Origin: Chthonomonas calidirosea
GTDB lineage: Bacteria > Armatimonadota > Fimbriimonadia > Fimbriimonadales > Fimbriimonadaceae
Reading direction: 5' to 3'
NCBI GenBank assembly: GCA_945859975.1
Contig: CAMAPH010000028.1
Location: 1 to 37,995 of the forward strand
Length of the DNA: 37,995 nucleotides
In this document: piece by piece, positions 21,536 through 31,100 of the stretch
Numbering within the stretch: the stretch's first letter is position 1
How the letters are laid out: the number at the start of each line of letters is the position of its first letter
Position numbers and translations under genes: made by a program
The notes under the pieces: generated by a model
Told to the model about the DNA's origin: nothing
Databases searched by the model: none
What the model saw: only the letters and a program-made list of their open reading frames with translations

Positions 21536-22435
21536 TTAGAACTGGATTGGGAGGAGGATGCCGACGGAGAGGAGGGCGCCGAAGAGCAGTTCGTATTGGG
21601 CAGAGGCGCCTAGGATGGGGTTTAGGGCGGGGCCGGTTAGGCTTTCTAGGCGCTTGTAGAGCTTCCAGCCGTAGGGCAGGGTGAGGAGGACGATGAGGGA
21701 GCCGATGGGGAGGAGGCCGGCGATGGCGGCGACGAGGACGATAGCGTGGCTTAGGAGCAGCATCGTGGCGTACTCGTGGAGGCCGAAGTCTCGACCGAAC
21801 TGGACGGCGAGGGTTCGCTTGTCGGCGACGCGGTCGGTTTCGATGTCGCGGACGTTGTTCACGACGAGGATGTTGGCGCAGAGGAAGCCGATGGGAATGG
21901 AGGCGATGGCGGCCATGGGGGAGACCTTAAGGGCCTGCACGAAGTAGGTTCCGCAGACCGCGACGACGCCAAAGAAGAGGATGACGAAAAACTCTCCGAG
22001 GCCTCGGTAGCCGTAGGGGATCGGTCCGCCGACGTAGAGGACCGCCGAGATGATGGAGAGGACGCCGATGACGGCGACGGGCCAGCCGCTGAACCAGATG
22101 AGATAGAGTCCGCACAGCGAGGCCAAGAGGAAGGCCATTACGGCTCCGAAGCCGACCTGCTTGGGGGTCAGAAGTCCGGCTTGGGTGACCCGAACGGGGC
22201 CGACTCTTTCGGCGGTGTCGGCACCTTTCTGAAAGTCGAACAGGTCGTTGGCGAAGTTGGCGCCGATCTGGATGAGCAGGGCTCCGATGAGGGCGGCGAG
22301 GAGCGGCAGGGGCTGCAGAACATTTTCGCGATAGGCAACCGCTCCGCCCACCACGACCGGGACCGCCGCGGCGGGCAAGGTTCGTAATCTCATGGCAAGA
22401 ATCCAAGGGTTAACCGCTGTTGGACTGGCTTGCAT
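21536..22435 (-). CDS. menA: 1,4-dihydroxy-2-naphthoate polyprenyltransferase
   Basis: W..AMRLRTLPAA, QIGANFANDLFDFQKGAD, PYGYRGLGE, VVNNVRDIETD..KRTLAV. Confidence 0.95.
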   Translation of the reverse strand: MQASPTAVNPWILAMRLRTLPAAAVPVVVGGAVAYRENVLQPLPLLAALIGALLIQIGANFANDLFDFQKGADTAERVGPVRVTQAGLLTPKQVGFGAVMAFLLASLCGLYLIWFSGWPVAVIGVLSIISAVLYVGGPIPYGYRGLGEFFVILFFGVVAVCGTYFVQALKVSPMAAIASIPIGFLCANILVVNNVRDIETDRVADKRTLAVQFGRDFGLHEYATMLLLSHAIVLVAAIAGLLPIGSLIVLLTLPYGWKLYKRLESLTGPALNPILGASAQYELLFGALLSVGILLPIQF

Positions 22436-22514
22436 GCCCTAGAGTTTACGTGACCGGGCCTTTGGTCGTGCGCGAAGACGCACACGACCTACGAAAGTTG
22501 ATGCTACTGAACGG

Positions 22515-23285
22515 CTATTTCGGCAAGCGGCCGACGAGGACTTCGCCGGTTTTGCGCTGGATTGAATACACCAGGCTTGAATCCACCGGATCCAGAGCGA
22601 TACCCTGACCTTCGGCTTCCATCTTGATCTCGGAGACGAATTCGAGCACCGATCCTGCCTTTGGCAACCGAACCAGATACAGGCTGGTGAAGTGGTGGCC
22701 GGTCGTGACGAGGACACCGGAAGGGTGCCAGAAGCCGCCCGAACTGGTCATGCCGTCCCATTGGCTGATGACTTGGGTGGGGAAGGTCCAGGACGCCATG
22801 CGGCGAAACTCTTTGTCGAACTTTACGAGCTGGGTCTGGTCGTTTGTTCGGCCAGGTTCGCCGCCTTTGCCGTTATAGTGGCCAAAGACCACCCACCAGG
22901 CGTTGTCTCGCCAATCGATCCAGGTCGGTGATCCTAAACCGATTCCAAAGCTGTGGGAGCCCACATGCTTGAGGGAAGTGGTGTCGAAGATTTCGATGCT
23001 GCCTTGCATCGGGATCTCTGGATAGTTCGAGTTGGAGCAATAGAGTTTGCCCTTAACGACGACCCCGCTGTTGAGGTGCTTGATGGCACCCGTTTCGTCC
23101 GACCAAGAGGCCACCGGTTTCCCAGTGGCTTTTTCGTACTTTCCGATCTTTGAGTTTGTGATGGCGTAAAAGTGGGTTCGATCGACCGCGACCGCCTGTC
23201 GAGCTTCCGGTGCCTTGTAGCGACGGATGGTTTCTAGGGATGCCTCTGAGGAGGCACTAACCAACAAGAACGCCAGCGCGATCAC
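22515..23285 (-). CDS. Secreted beta-propeller-like hypothetical protein
   Basis: GTG at 23285 overlaps upstream TGA (GTGA); signal peptide; [47 protein letters not shown] beta-rich blades. Confidence 0.7.
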   Translation of the reverse strand: MIALAFLLVSASSEASLETIRRYKAPEARQAVAVDRTHFYAITNSKIGKYEKATGKPVASWSDETGAIKHLNSGVVVKGKLYCSNSNYPEIPMQGSIEIFDTTSLKHVGSHSFGIGLGSPTWIDWRDNAWWVVFGHYNGKGGEPGRTNDQTQLVKFDKEFRRMASWTFPTQVISQWDGMTSSGGFWHPSGVLVTTGHHFTSLYLVRLPKAGSVLEFVSEIKMEAEGQGIALDPVDSSLVYSIQRKTGEVLVGRLPK

Positions 23286-24172
23286 GGGTAGACGACTCCG
23301 GGGGTTTCTGGATTCCACTGGTCTCTTGAACCGGAGCCGCAGTTGAAGCCCTTGAAGCGTGGGACGCAAACTTCGTTCCAGACGATGGGGTTGATGGTCG
23401 CCATCTCGTCATTGGTGTCCTGGGTCCAAGTGGCATCGGGGCGGATTGCGCCGACGTGGCCATCTAGGTAGAGGAAGTTCGAGATGAGGTCTCCACTGTG
23501 GAACCCAACGGGGAAGCCGATGGTGAACGGCGGGCGGCTGCTGGTTCCGGCGGTTCGGCGGTGGTACGGTGCACCGTTTCGGTTGGTGCCGCCATCTACG
23601 CGCTGGCTGGCTTCGTACAAAACGATAACGTTGGCAACGTTTGGAACGGAAGTTTGCGAGATCCCGGCGGCGAACGGAACTGGCTGCCACGGAGTTGGGC
23701 TCGTGACGTTCGTTTCGAAGGTTCCAGGGTGGAATCCGCGCAAGTAGTCATTCATGATGTAGTTGCGCTGAAGGTCTTCCCAGGGGGCAACTCCGACGGT
23801 GTTTCCGGTGTAGTTGATCGCGTTTGGACAGGAGTAGATGTTGCCCTTTGCGCTTCCGAGATTCCGGCTCTTGACATACGGCCAAATTCCACCGCCGCTG
23901 CCGTCGGCGTTGGTCTGGTTCCAGCCGGTGCTTACTCGGCCATTGGGTGGATCGACGATGCGCGTTCCGCCGCCTGGTGATGGCATCAGGTCGTCATAGT
24001 CGCCGGCGTACAAGAAGAAAGCAACGCCGAGGTTCTTGAGGTTCGACGTGCAGGTCGCCTTGTAAGCGGCGGCCTTTGCTTGAGCGAATACGGGAAATAG
24101 GATGGCGGCAAGGATCGCAATAATTGCGATTACAACTAAAAGTTCAATGAGGGTGAACGCGCGCTTCAGCAT
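23282..24172 (-). CDS. Prepilin-type N-terminal cleavage/methylation domain protein (DUF1559, H-X9-DG C-terminal motif)
   Basis: [77 protein letters not shown]. Confidence 0.93.
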   Translation of the reverse strand: MLKRAFTLIELLVVIAIIAILAAILFPVFAQAKAAAYKATCTSNLKNLGVAFFLYAGDYDDLMPSPGGGTRIVDPPNGRVSTGWNQTNADGSGGGIWPYVKSRNLGSAKGNIYSCPNAINYTGNTVGVAPWEDLQRNYIMNDYLRGFHPGTFETNVTSPTPWQPVPFAAGISQTSVPNVANVIVLYEASQRVDGGTNRNGAPYHRRTAGTSSRPPFTIGFPVGFHSGDLISNFLYLDGHVGAIRPDATWTQDTNDEMATINPIVWNEVCVPRFKGFNCGSGSRDQWNPETPGVVYP

Positions 24173-24457
24173 TTGTGACTCCGAACACGAAGTATCGCAA
24201 GATGATGTTAAGGTTTATGCCGAAATGTTCCGTTAACAAATCTGACTGGCTGGAAGCGGAATCTATAAATTTCCCTTCCCGCGTAGGTCGAATGTACAAA
24301 TTTTGGGGTTCCCGGGTTTTTGGGAACTCTATCCATAGCGAAACGCAGGTGCGGAAAGTCAACCTGGACTTTTTTGAACCTTCTGAAGTGGGGGTGATTG
24401 CCAGGTTGTTTCGCTCCGGGTTCGCGGCGTCAGCTGTTGGTCCGGGCGGACTCGCTG

Positions 24458-25156
24458 TCACTTGATCCGGTTGCGTTTGCGGCCCCAGAAAACCTTGCCT
24501 TTCGTTTGTTCTGCCAGACGATGCGCTTCGGGAAGCGGCATGCCGATGATGAAGATCGAGCTGGCTTCAACGATCAAGGGACAGACGGGATATTCCACGA
24601 CCACATGCTGTAGGCTCGCGATATCTGCTGTGACCTGATAGCTCGACGGCAAGCGTATTGGATTTGCTGCAGCTGAACTGATGCAGACACGTTCAACACG
24701 GCGATCCACCGAGAAATCGAGCACCGACTCGTGGCAGTTATCATAGGAGAGCCAGGTGGACTTGGTGACGCCAGCGACAATGCACGAGGCTCGATGGTCA
24801 CACTCCTCGAGCGTCATGATTCCCCGAACGCTCAAGTTCTGAGTGAATCCATTTTCGAACTTTTGATTCCGAACGTCCAGACCTTCTAGTCTCAGATCAG
24901 CGATTCGATCCAGATTTGAGAATTTGCAATCGGTTACGTAGAGGCATCCGCTGTAGAGCGGCGACCGGCGTGGATTCTGTTGTTCAATCTGACTGTTTAT
25001 GAAGTGCAAGCCACGGCTTGAGGTACCCCGGAGCAGACCCGAGAAGTTCGTGATAACGGTGTCTTCAAACCAGCTCTTTGGGCGATTATCGGTGTCTACG
25101 TTCTCAGCGGATTCTTCGGACTCGTGCGCATCTAATTCGAAATTGGATTCGTTCAT
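24458..25156 (-). CDS. Hypothetical cytoplasmic protein (acidic N-terminus, possible degenerate LRR/solenoid)
   Basis: 232 aa ORF whose ATG abuts the upstream TAG; FSNLDRIADLRLEGLDVRN is LRR-like. Confidence 0.55.
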   Translation of the reverse strand: MNESNFELDAHESEESAENVDTDNRPKSWFEDTVITNFSGLLRGTSSRGLHFINSQIEQQNPRRSPLYSGCLYVTDCKFSNLDRIADLRLEGLDVRNQKFENGFTQNLSVRGIMTLEECDHRASCIVAGVTKSTWLSYDNCHESVLDFSVDRRVERVCISSAAANPIRLPSSYQVTADIASLQHVVVEYPVCPLIVEASSIFIIGMPLPEAHRLAEQTKGKVFWGRKRNRIK

Positions 25157-25996
25157 CTACTTCTTGTGGCTGTCGAGAAGCGCTCCTACCTCATTGATCG
25201 GTAGGCAGAAGAAGAACTTCCGCTTAAACTCCTTGAACGTTTCTCGCCCAAGCGAGTACTCGGCTCCGTTCAGGCTGTAGTTTCCGACCGAATCGACGAT
25301 GAGCGTGTCTGAGCCGTTTTTTAGCCACAACTTGATGTCCTTCCTGTTCAGTTTGCCGGCGGGTGTGGGCTGTTTGAAGAAGGGCAAAATCCACGCACCG
25401 CGAGTGGTCACTAGCGACGTCACGTCAAACCCGTCTTTCTTGATGCTCGTTGCGTTGAGCGGGAATAGAGTTTCATATCCGAAGGTCATGTAGTAAGCCT
25501 CAACTTGCGGTGTTTGGGTGGGTGCAGGAGTGGACATCGGCGAAGGCATGTCTTGGGGCCAGTCCACAAGGCCGTGTCCTTGTTGGTCTGGGAAAGGGAA
25601 CATGCGGGCGAAGAGGGTTCGAAGCTCTTGGATGGGAAGTAGCCCACGGACTCTTTGCTCCTTGAACCGAAATTCGAAGTAACCCAGTTCATCTAGAATC
25701 AGGGCTTCGTTTTTGTCGGTATACAACGCAAAGCGAACATTCATTTCTCGCCATTTGGTCGACTTTGCGTTCGCATTCACGAAGGCGACTAGCTCAGATC
25801 TCCAATCGTCCGTAACGAGGCTTGTAACGTTGTAGGAATTCTGGATATCGCCCTCGTAGATTCGATAGAGAGTTGTTAATCCGAAACTCCGACATCTCGC
25901 ATTGGTCGTTTTGCCCTTAAAGGAAATCTCGGGAAGCTTTTCTAAGCTCGAGGCTTGGAGGAGGGAAGCGGCGAATAGGAGGGCGGAGACGGTCAT
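25157..25996 (-). CDS. Hypothetical secreted protein with two homologous domains
   Basis: Signal peptide MTVSALLFAASLLQA from ATG 25996; duplicated FGxxTL..VTSLVT..LI(L/V)DxxG unit. Confidence 0.7.
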   Translation of the reverse strand: MTVSALLFAASLLQASSLEKLPEISFKGKTTNARCRSFGLTTLYRIYEGDIQNSYNVTSLVTDDWRSELVAFVNANAKSTKWREMNVRFALYTDKNEALILDELGYFEFRFKEQRVRGLLPIQELRTLFARMFPFPDQQGHGLVDWPQDMPSPMSTPAPTQTPQVEAYYMTFGYETLFPLNATSIKKDGFDVTSLVTTRGAWILPFFKQPTPAGKLNRKDIKLWLKNGSDTLIVDSVGNYSLNGAEYSLGRETFKEFKRKFFFCLPINEVGALLDSHKK

Positions 25997-26222
25997 CGGC
26001 GGAGAATCCCTTGTAGAGCCTGTGCGCCATAGGTGGGCAGCGGTTGACTCCACGTCATAATACGACACGTCTAGCATCGCTACAGTCGCTTTATGACGAG
26101 GTGCCGAAGTTCCGGTGGGTTTCGAAAGCGGTTCGGATTGTCGTAGAGTGAACTTGAGAAGGCGCTGGTAGGCTTTCCGTCACCAGGGCCCGGTGCGGAC
26201 GCATTCGAGCGGTGCGTCAGAG

Positions 26223-26429
26223 ATGTCAGAACCCAAAACAGCAAAACCGAAAAGCGATCTCCGCAAGCTGATGAACCGAGACGTGTCGAGGTTTGTTCGG
26301 TTCATTTTCTTCGGAGGGATCGTGCTGGTTGTTTTGATGGTGTTAGCGCCGATATTGTTTAGCTGGCTCTCGGTGAGAGCGAAAAATAAAAAGCTGCAGT
26401 TGGGTCCACCAGTGTCGGGTCAGCGTTGA
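26223..26429 (+). CDS. Small single-TM membrane protein (68 aa), paralog A
   Basis: MSEPKTAKPKSDLRKLMNRDVSRFVRFIFFGGIVLVVLMVLAPILFSWL..; basic N-terminus plus long hydrophobic stretch; similar to 27136-27312. Confidence 0.65.
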   Translation: MSEPKTAKPKSDLRKLMNRDVSRFVRFIFFGGIVLVVLMVLAPILFSWLSVRAKNKKLQLGPPVSGQR

Positions 26430-26488
26430 TAATCCTCCGAAGCGAAATTCCATCGGTCTCATCCCCGGGATGACGCTAGAATCAGGCT

Positions 26489-27139
26489 ATGAACGAGAGC
26501 GGGTTTGTGGTGCTCATGCAGAACATCTACAACTTAGATGATCCGGAGCAAATCGCAAGCGAGTATGAACGCTACTTGATTGCAGAGGGCAAAGATTCAG
26601 ACTTTGAGGCTTGTTTGGCCGTGCTGGCTCGTTTGGCGAATTTGGATTTGCCCTATGCCAAACAGTTCTGGCGGTCCCATCAATTGTCCGAACCTCATTG
26701 GGATCGGTGGACATTCTTTGAACCTGTGGCTTTCCGGAGCATCGCCGAAAACGACCTGACCTTCGTCACCGAGAACGTGCCGCCAGGACTGGAAACTGAT
26801 CACACCATTCTGTCAAGTCTCGCAAAACTCCAGCAGCAGTACTCACAGCTCTGCCTGACCCTACTGATCGCGGCGGTTCTAAAGGAACGGACGGTCGTTG
26901 CTGAGTGCCTCCAAACGGCGGAGATCGCTCTCAGGCTCCTTCGGACCTACCCAAGGTGCCTGGTTCAAGCGATGGTGCTTTTGCACGAAGACTATCACTC
27001 TGATCGCACTTACGCAGCTGTGTTGGACCAGATCTTGTATCTCTGGAAGATGGAGCGAAAAGGTCCTACGCGAGAGAAGAATAGCCTGAGGGCTCTAAAT
27101 GAGCTCTACGAACACATGCAAGCAGTGCAAGATGCATGA
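26489..27139 (+). CDS. Hypothetical protein, apparently all-alpha
   Basis: 216 aa Leu/Glu-rich ORF; TAGAAT 6 nt before ATG. Confidence 0.65.
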   Translation: MNESGFVVLMQNIYNLDDPEQIASEYERYLIAEGKDSDFEACLAVLARLANLDLPYAKQFWRSHQLSEPHWDRWTFFEPVAFRSIAENDLTFVTENVPPGLETDHTILSSLAKLQQQYSQLCLTLLIAAVLKERTVVAECLQTAEIALRLLRTYPRCLVQAMVLLHEDYHSDRTYAAVLDQILYLWKMERKGPTREKNSLRALNELYEHMQAVQDA

Positions 27140-27312
27140 CGGAAGCCGAAGGAAAGAAACCGAAGAACAAACTGCGGGTGTTGGTGTACCGAGACGTCCC
27201 CAAGTCTGTTCGGTTCGCTTTTATGGTTCTGTGCCGACTGCGGCTCTATGTCCTAGTAAAAATGCACTCTAAGCCGAAATTGCAGGTGGACTCGATGCCT
27301 CGAGGTGCCTAA
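27136..27312 (+). CDS. Small protein (58 aa), paralog B, not in ORF track
   Basis: MTEAEGKKPKNKLRVLVYRDVPKSVRFAFMVLCRLRLYVLVKMHSKPKLQVDSMPRGA; ATGA overlap with upstream stop; aligns with 26223-26429; may be decaying. Confidence 0.5.
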   Translation: MTEAEGKKPKNKLRVLVYRDVPKSVRFAFMVLCRLRLYVLVKMHSKPKLQVDSMPRGA

Positions 27313-27345
27313 GTCGATGATTGCTCGCGAATTTGCCACAAGGCT

Positions 27346-27756
27346 TTATTGTTTCAGCGTTCGCACAAAACCATTTCCTGCGATGGTGATCGAGTTGCTT
27401 GACACAGGAATGGAACTCGGCACAGGCAACTGAGGTGGGCGCTTGAATGTGAACTTTGCTTTAGCGTCCCGCATTCTCGCTTCGCCCGGCTGAGCTGAGA
27501 TGCTCCGGAAGACAAAGCTCTCTATCTTTGATGGGTCGGTGCAAAGAAACCTTTCCGCCCCTCTCGGCCCTTCAACTTCAACGGCGACACTGAGAATGTT
27601 CCGATCTGTGGCTTGACCGATCAGTCGTTCGGCATTTGGAACGATCAACACCGGCGGAGTTGGCGTGTTGTTCTGCACTCCGGGGTTGCTCTGCGAGCAA
27701 CCTGCAAGAAACAGAACAATAACAAACCCTCCGATATAGCGGTAGTTAAAGTTCAT
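27346..27756 (-). CDS. Hypothetical lipoprotein
   Basis: MNFNYRYIGGFVIVLFLAG-C lipobox followed by an S/N/P-rich linker. Confidence 0.7.
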   Translation of the reverse strand: MNFNYRYIGGFVIVLFLAGCSQSNPGVQNNTPTPPVLIVPNAERLIGQATDRNILSVAVEVEGPRGAERFLCTDPSKIESFVFRSISAQPGEARMRDAKAKFTFKRPPQLPVPSSIPVSSNSITIAGNGFVRTLKQ

Positions 27757-27856
27757 CTTGTCGCCTTGTAACGAACGATGTCGTGACGTTACCGACTTTC
27801 AAGGTTGTTTTGTCAAACCGTTCAAGCAGGCAGGACTTGGTACGGCATGCATCTGA

Positions 27857-28069
27857 TCATCGAAACTTCGCGTAGTTCTGCACGCGGCGTTCGACTCGCT
27901 TCTTCTTCGCCGCAACTTCCTCGGCGGCCCACTGGAACGTTCGCCAGTGCCCGGTGAGGAGGGCGGCTTTGCCGAGGAACAGCCAGTTCTTGAGTCCATA
28001 TCGGCCACTCTTTACCGATTTCAGCGACCGGGATCGGGCCGCATTTAGCTTCAACCGGCGACCCGCCAC
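27857..28069 (-). CDS. Small basic hypothetical protein (start uncertain)
   Basis: About 70 aa Lys/Arg-rich ORF downstream of mfd; GTG 28069 preceded by AGGGG. Confidence 0.35.
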   Translation of the reverse strand: MAGRRLKLNAARSRSLKSVKSGRYGLKNWLFLGKAALLTGHWRTFQWAAEEVAAKKKRVERRVQNYAKFR

Positions 28070-28151
28070 GCTGGCACCCCTATGCCAAAATAGCGGGCTG
28101 GCTGCAGGTTCGGAACGATCTGAATCCGAATTTTGACTCAGCAAGCTGGCT

Positions 28152-31100
28152 TTAGCTCAACGACATCCGCGCCGCATCTACCGCGGCGATGCTGTCCGTG
28201 AGGATGTTCATGAAGTTCTCGATCGCGTTGAGCGGGTTGCCTTGGTAGGGCCAGACGAGTCCGCCGGCGCCGGTGTGGCAGTCGCGGTTTTTCTTTTGCG
28301 CGAGGCTGAATACGCGGGGGCCGTGGGAGACGTCGGCCGCGAACTTGATGGTGAGCTTCGCCTGCCGGGCATCCAGCTTTTCGATGCTGAGGTCTCGCGC
28401 TCGGAGTCGAAGTTCCATGACGCGGAAGGCGTGTCGAACCTCGGGCAGCGGTCGCCCGTAGCGGTCTTCCACCTCGGCTTGGACTGCGCCCAGGGTAGCG
28501 GGATCGCGCACGGACATGATGCGCTGGTAGTAGTACAGCCGCTGCGCTTGGTCGCGGATGTACGACTCGGGCAGCATGGCCACCACGGGGACTTCGAACA
28601 TCGGCAGCGGTTCCAGGTTCGCCAACGGATCTCGAACTTCGTCCGAATCGCCGGTGCGGGTTCCGTCGACCGAGTTCTTCAACTGCGTCACGGCTTCGTT
28701 GATGAGCTGGGTGTAGAGCTCATAGCCGACGGTGACCATAGTTCCGCTCTGCTTGGCACCAAGGAGCTCGCCCGCGCCGCGGATTTGGAGGTCGCGGAAG
28801 GCGAGGGAATAGCCGGAGCCGAGGCTAGAGAACTCTTGAAGCGCCTGCAACCGCGCCATCGCGCCTTCGCTGACGGTTTTGTGCTTCCGCTTCAGGTCGG
28901 TGGCGCTGTCTTGGCGCGGACCTTGGTCGATGAAGGAGAGGTCCATCGTTCCGCTGTAAAGGAAGTAGGCGTAGGCCTGACGGTCGGACCGCCCGACGCG
29001 GCCTCGTAGCTGATATAACTGCGACAGGCCGAGTTTGTCTGCACCTTCGACAATGAGGGTGTTGGCGTTGCTGATGTCGATGCCGTTTTCTACGATGGTG
29101 GTGGAGAGGAGAATGTCGATTTCGCCGCGAATGAAGCCGACCATAATCGGCTCGAGTTCTTTCTCGTTCATTTGCCCGTGCCCGACACCGATGCGCGCAG
29201 TGGGGACGAGCTTGCGGAGCTTCTCGTACACGTGCATGATCGACTCCACGCGGTTGTAGACATAGAAGACCTGCCCGCCTCGAGCGAGTTCGCGCAGGAT
29301 GGCTTCTCGGATGACTTCGCCGGCGTAGCTTCGAACGTAGGTTCGGATGGGCAATCGGCCCGGCGGTGGGTCGTTGATGAGGGACATCGAGCGGATGTCC
29401 ATGAGGGCCATGCTGAGAGTTCGTGGGATCGGCGTGGCGGAGAGGGTGAGCACGTCGACTTCGCTGCGAAGCTGCTTCAGCATCTCCTTCTGCTTCACGC
29501 CGAACTTCTGCTCTTCGTCGATGATCGTGAGGCCGAGGTCTTTGAATCCGATTCCGGCACCGAGCAGGGAGTGGGTGCCGACGATGATCTCCACTTCGCC
29601 GGCTTCTAAGCGCTTGCAGATGTCTTTCTTTTCGGTCGTCGTGGTGAAGCGGTTGATGAGGGCGAGGCGGGTGCCAAAGGAGCCAAGGCGCTCTTGGAAG
29701 TTTCGGAAATGCTGCTCGGAGAGGATGGTGGTCGGGCAGAGGACGGCGACTTGTCGATTGCCTTGGACGGCCTTAAACGCGGCGCGGATGGCGACTTCGG
29801 TTTTTCCGAAGCCCACGTCTCCGCAGACGAGGCGGTCCATTGGATAGCCGCGCTCCATGTCTTCTTTGGCTTCTTTGATCGCCTTGAGCTGGCTCGGGGT
29901 TTCGACCCAGGGGAAGGTCGATTCCATTTCGTATTGGAACGGAGTGTCGGGTCCGTATGATCTTCTCTGGACGCGGGTGCGTTGGGCGTAGAGCTTAACG
30001 AGGTCCCGGGCGAAGGCCTTGGCCTCCTCCTTCGCTTTTCCCAGGGTCCGCTGCCATTCACCTCCGCTCAGCCGGTTGAGCTTTGGCTCGGTATCCGACG
30101 GATTGAGATATTTTTGGATACGGTCGAGCTGGTCGGTGGGGACAAAGAGCTTGTCGGGGGCTTGGTATTCGACAAACAGGAATTCCTTTTCGACTCCTTC
30201 GACGGTCCGCTTGACGAGGCCACGGAAAACACCGATTCCGAAGTTGATGTGGACCACGTAATCGCCGGGCTTCAGATCGAGCACGGTGGCGATGGGGGAG
30301 CCTTCCATGAACCGCTTCTGCGGCAGCTTTAGGCGGGCGACGCCGAAGAGTTCGGCATCGGAGACGAGGGCGAACTTGTCGTTCGGAAGGACGAAGCCTC
30401 CGCCGAGGTTGCCATGGGAAAGGTAGGTGCCCGGGACGCCTTTCTCGGCGACTTCGAACGGGTGGATGTCGGCTTGGCCGAGGACGGCCTTCGCGCGCAT
30501 CGGCTGATCGGTGGTGAAGAGGACGGTGAAGCCTTGGGTGCCGTAGTTGCGGAGGGTGGCGGCGAGGGCATCGGGTCGGCCGCGATAGCTATCGAGGGAG
30601 ACGGCGCCGACGTCGATGCTGGTGCTCGGGTTCACCCATTCCGGCAGGTCGTTCATGCTGGTGAGGGCGAGGGTGTTGGCGTGTCCGGCGAGCTTTTCGG
30701 GTGGAAGGCCGAAGTCGCTCATGGGGCTGTGCAGGATTTCGCCGCGCTTGGCACGGGCTTTGAGACCCTGGTCGAGTTCGTCTTCGGCGCGGACGGCGAT
30801 GGCGTCGATTTCTACCGGCTCGTCGAGGATGAGGCAGTCTTCATCGCCCAATAGGTCAACGGCGCAGCCGGAATCCGGGTGGAGGATGGGGCGGTAGAGG
30901 TCGATGCGATCGAAGTAGCTGCGTTGAGCGAGGGCGGCGATGTCGGCCGAGATGCGGGTTTTGAGGAGCTCGGCGGCTTCGTCGTCTAGGAGGGTTGCTT
31001 CGCGCTCGGCAGAAGTGCTGAGCCAATCGGTCATGTCTTCGACGTGGCCGAAGTACAGGGTTTCGCGGGAGGGGGCGAGCGAGATGGCGGGGATGTTTCC

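Noticed and set aside
24200..24245. TTAAC repeats upstream of the DUF1559 gene as a Pho box
   Set aside because: The two TTAAC units are 25 nt apart, not the 11/22-nt period expected for PhoB/PhoP boxes
24144..24465. ORFs 24144-24461 (minus) and 24175-24465 (plus) in the DUF1559 upstream region
   Set aside because: No recognisable motifs or TM/signal features; the region looks regulatory
26079..26150. Possible third degenerate microprotein copy (LYDEVPKFRWVSKAVRIV)
   Set aside because: Only a few matching residues, no start codon and no hydrophobic segment; could be chance
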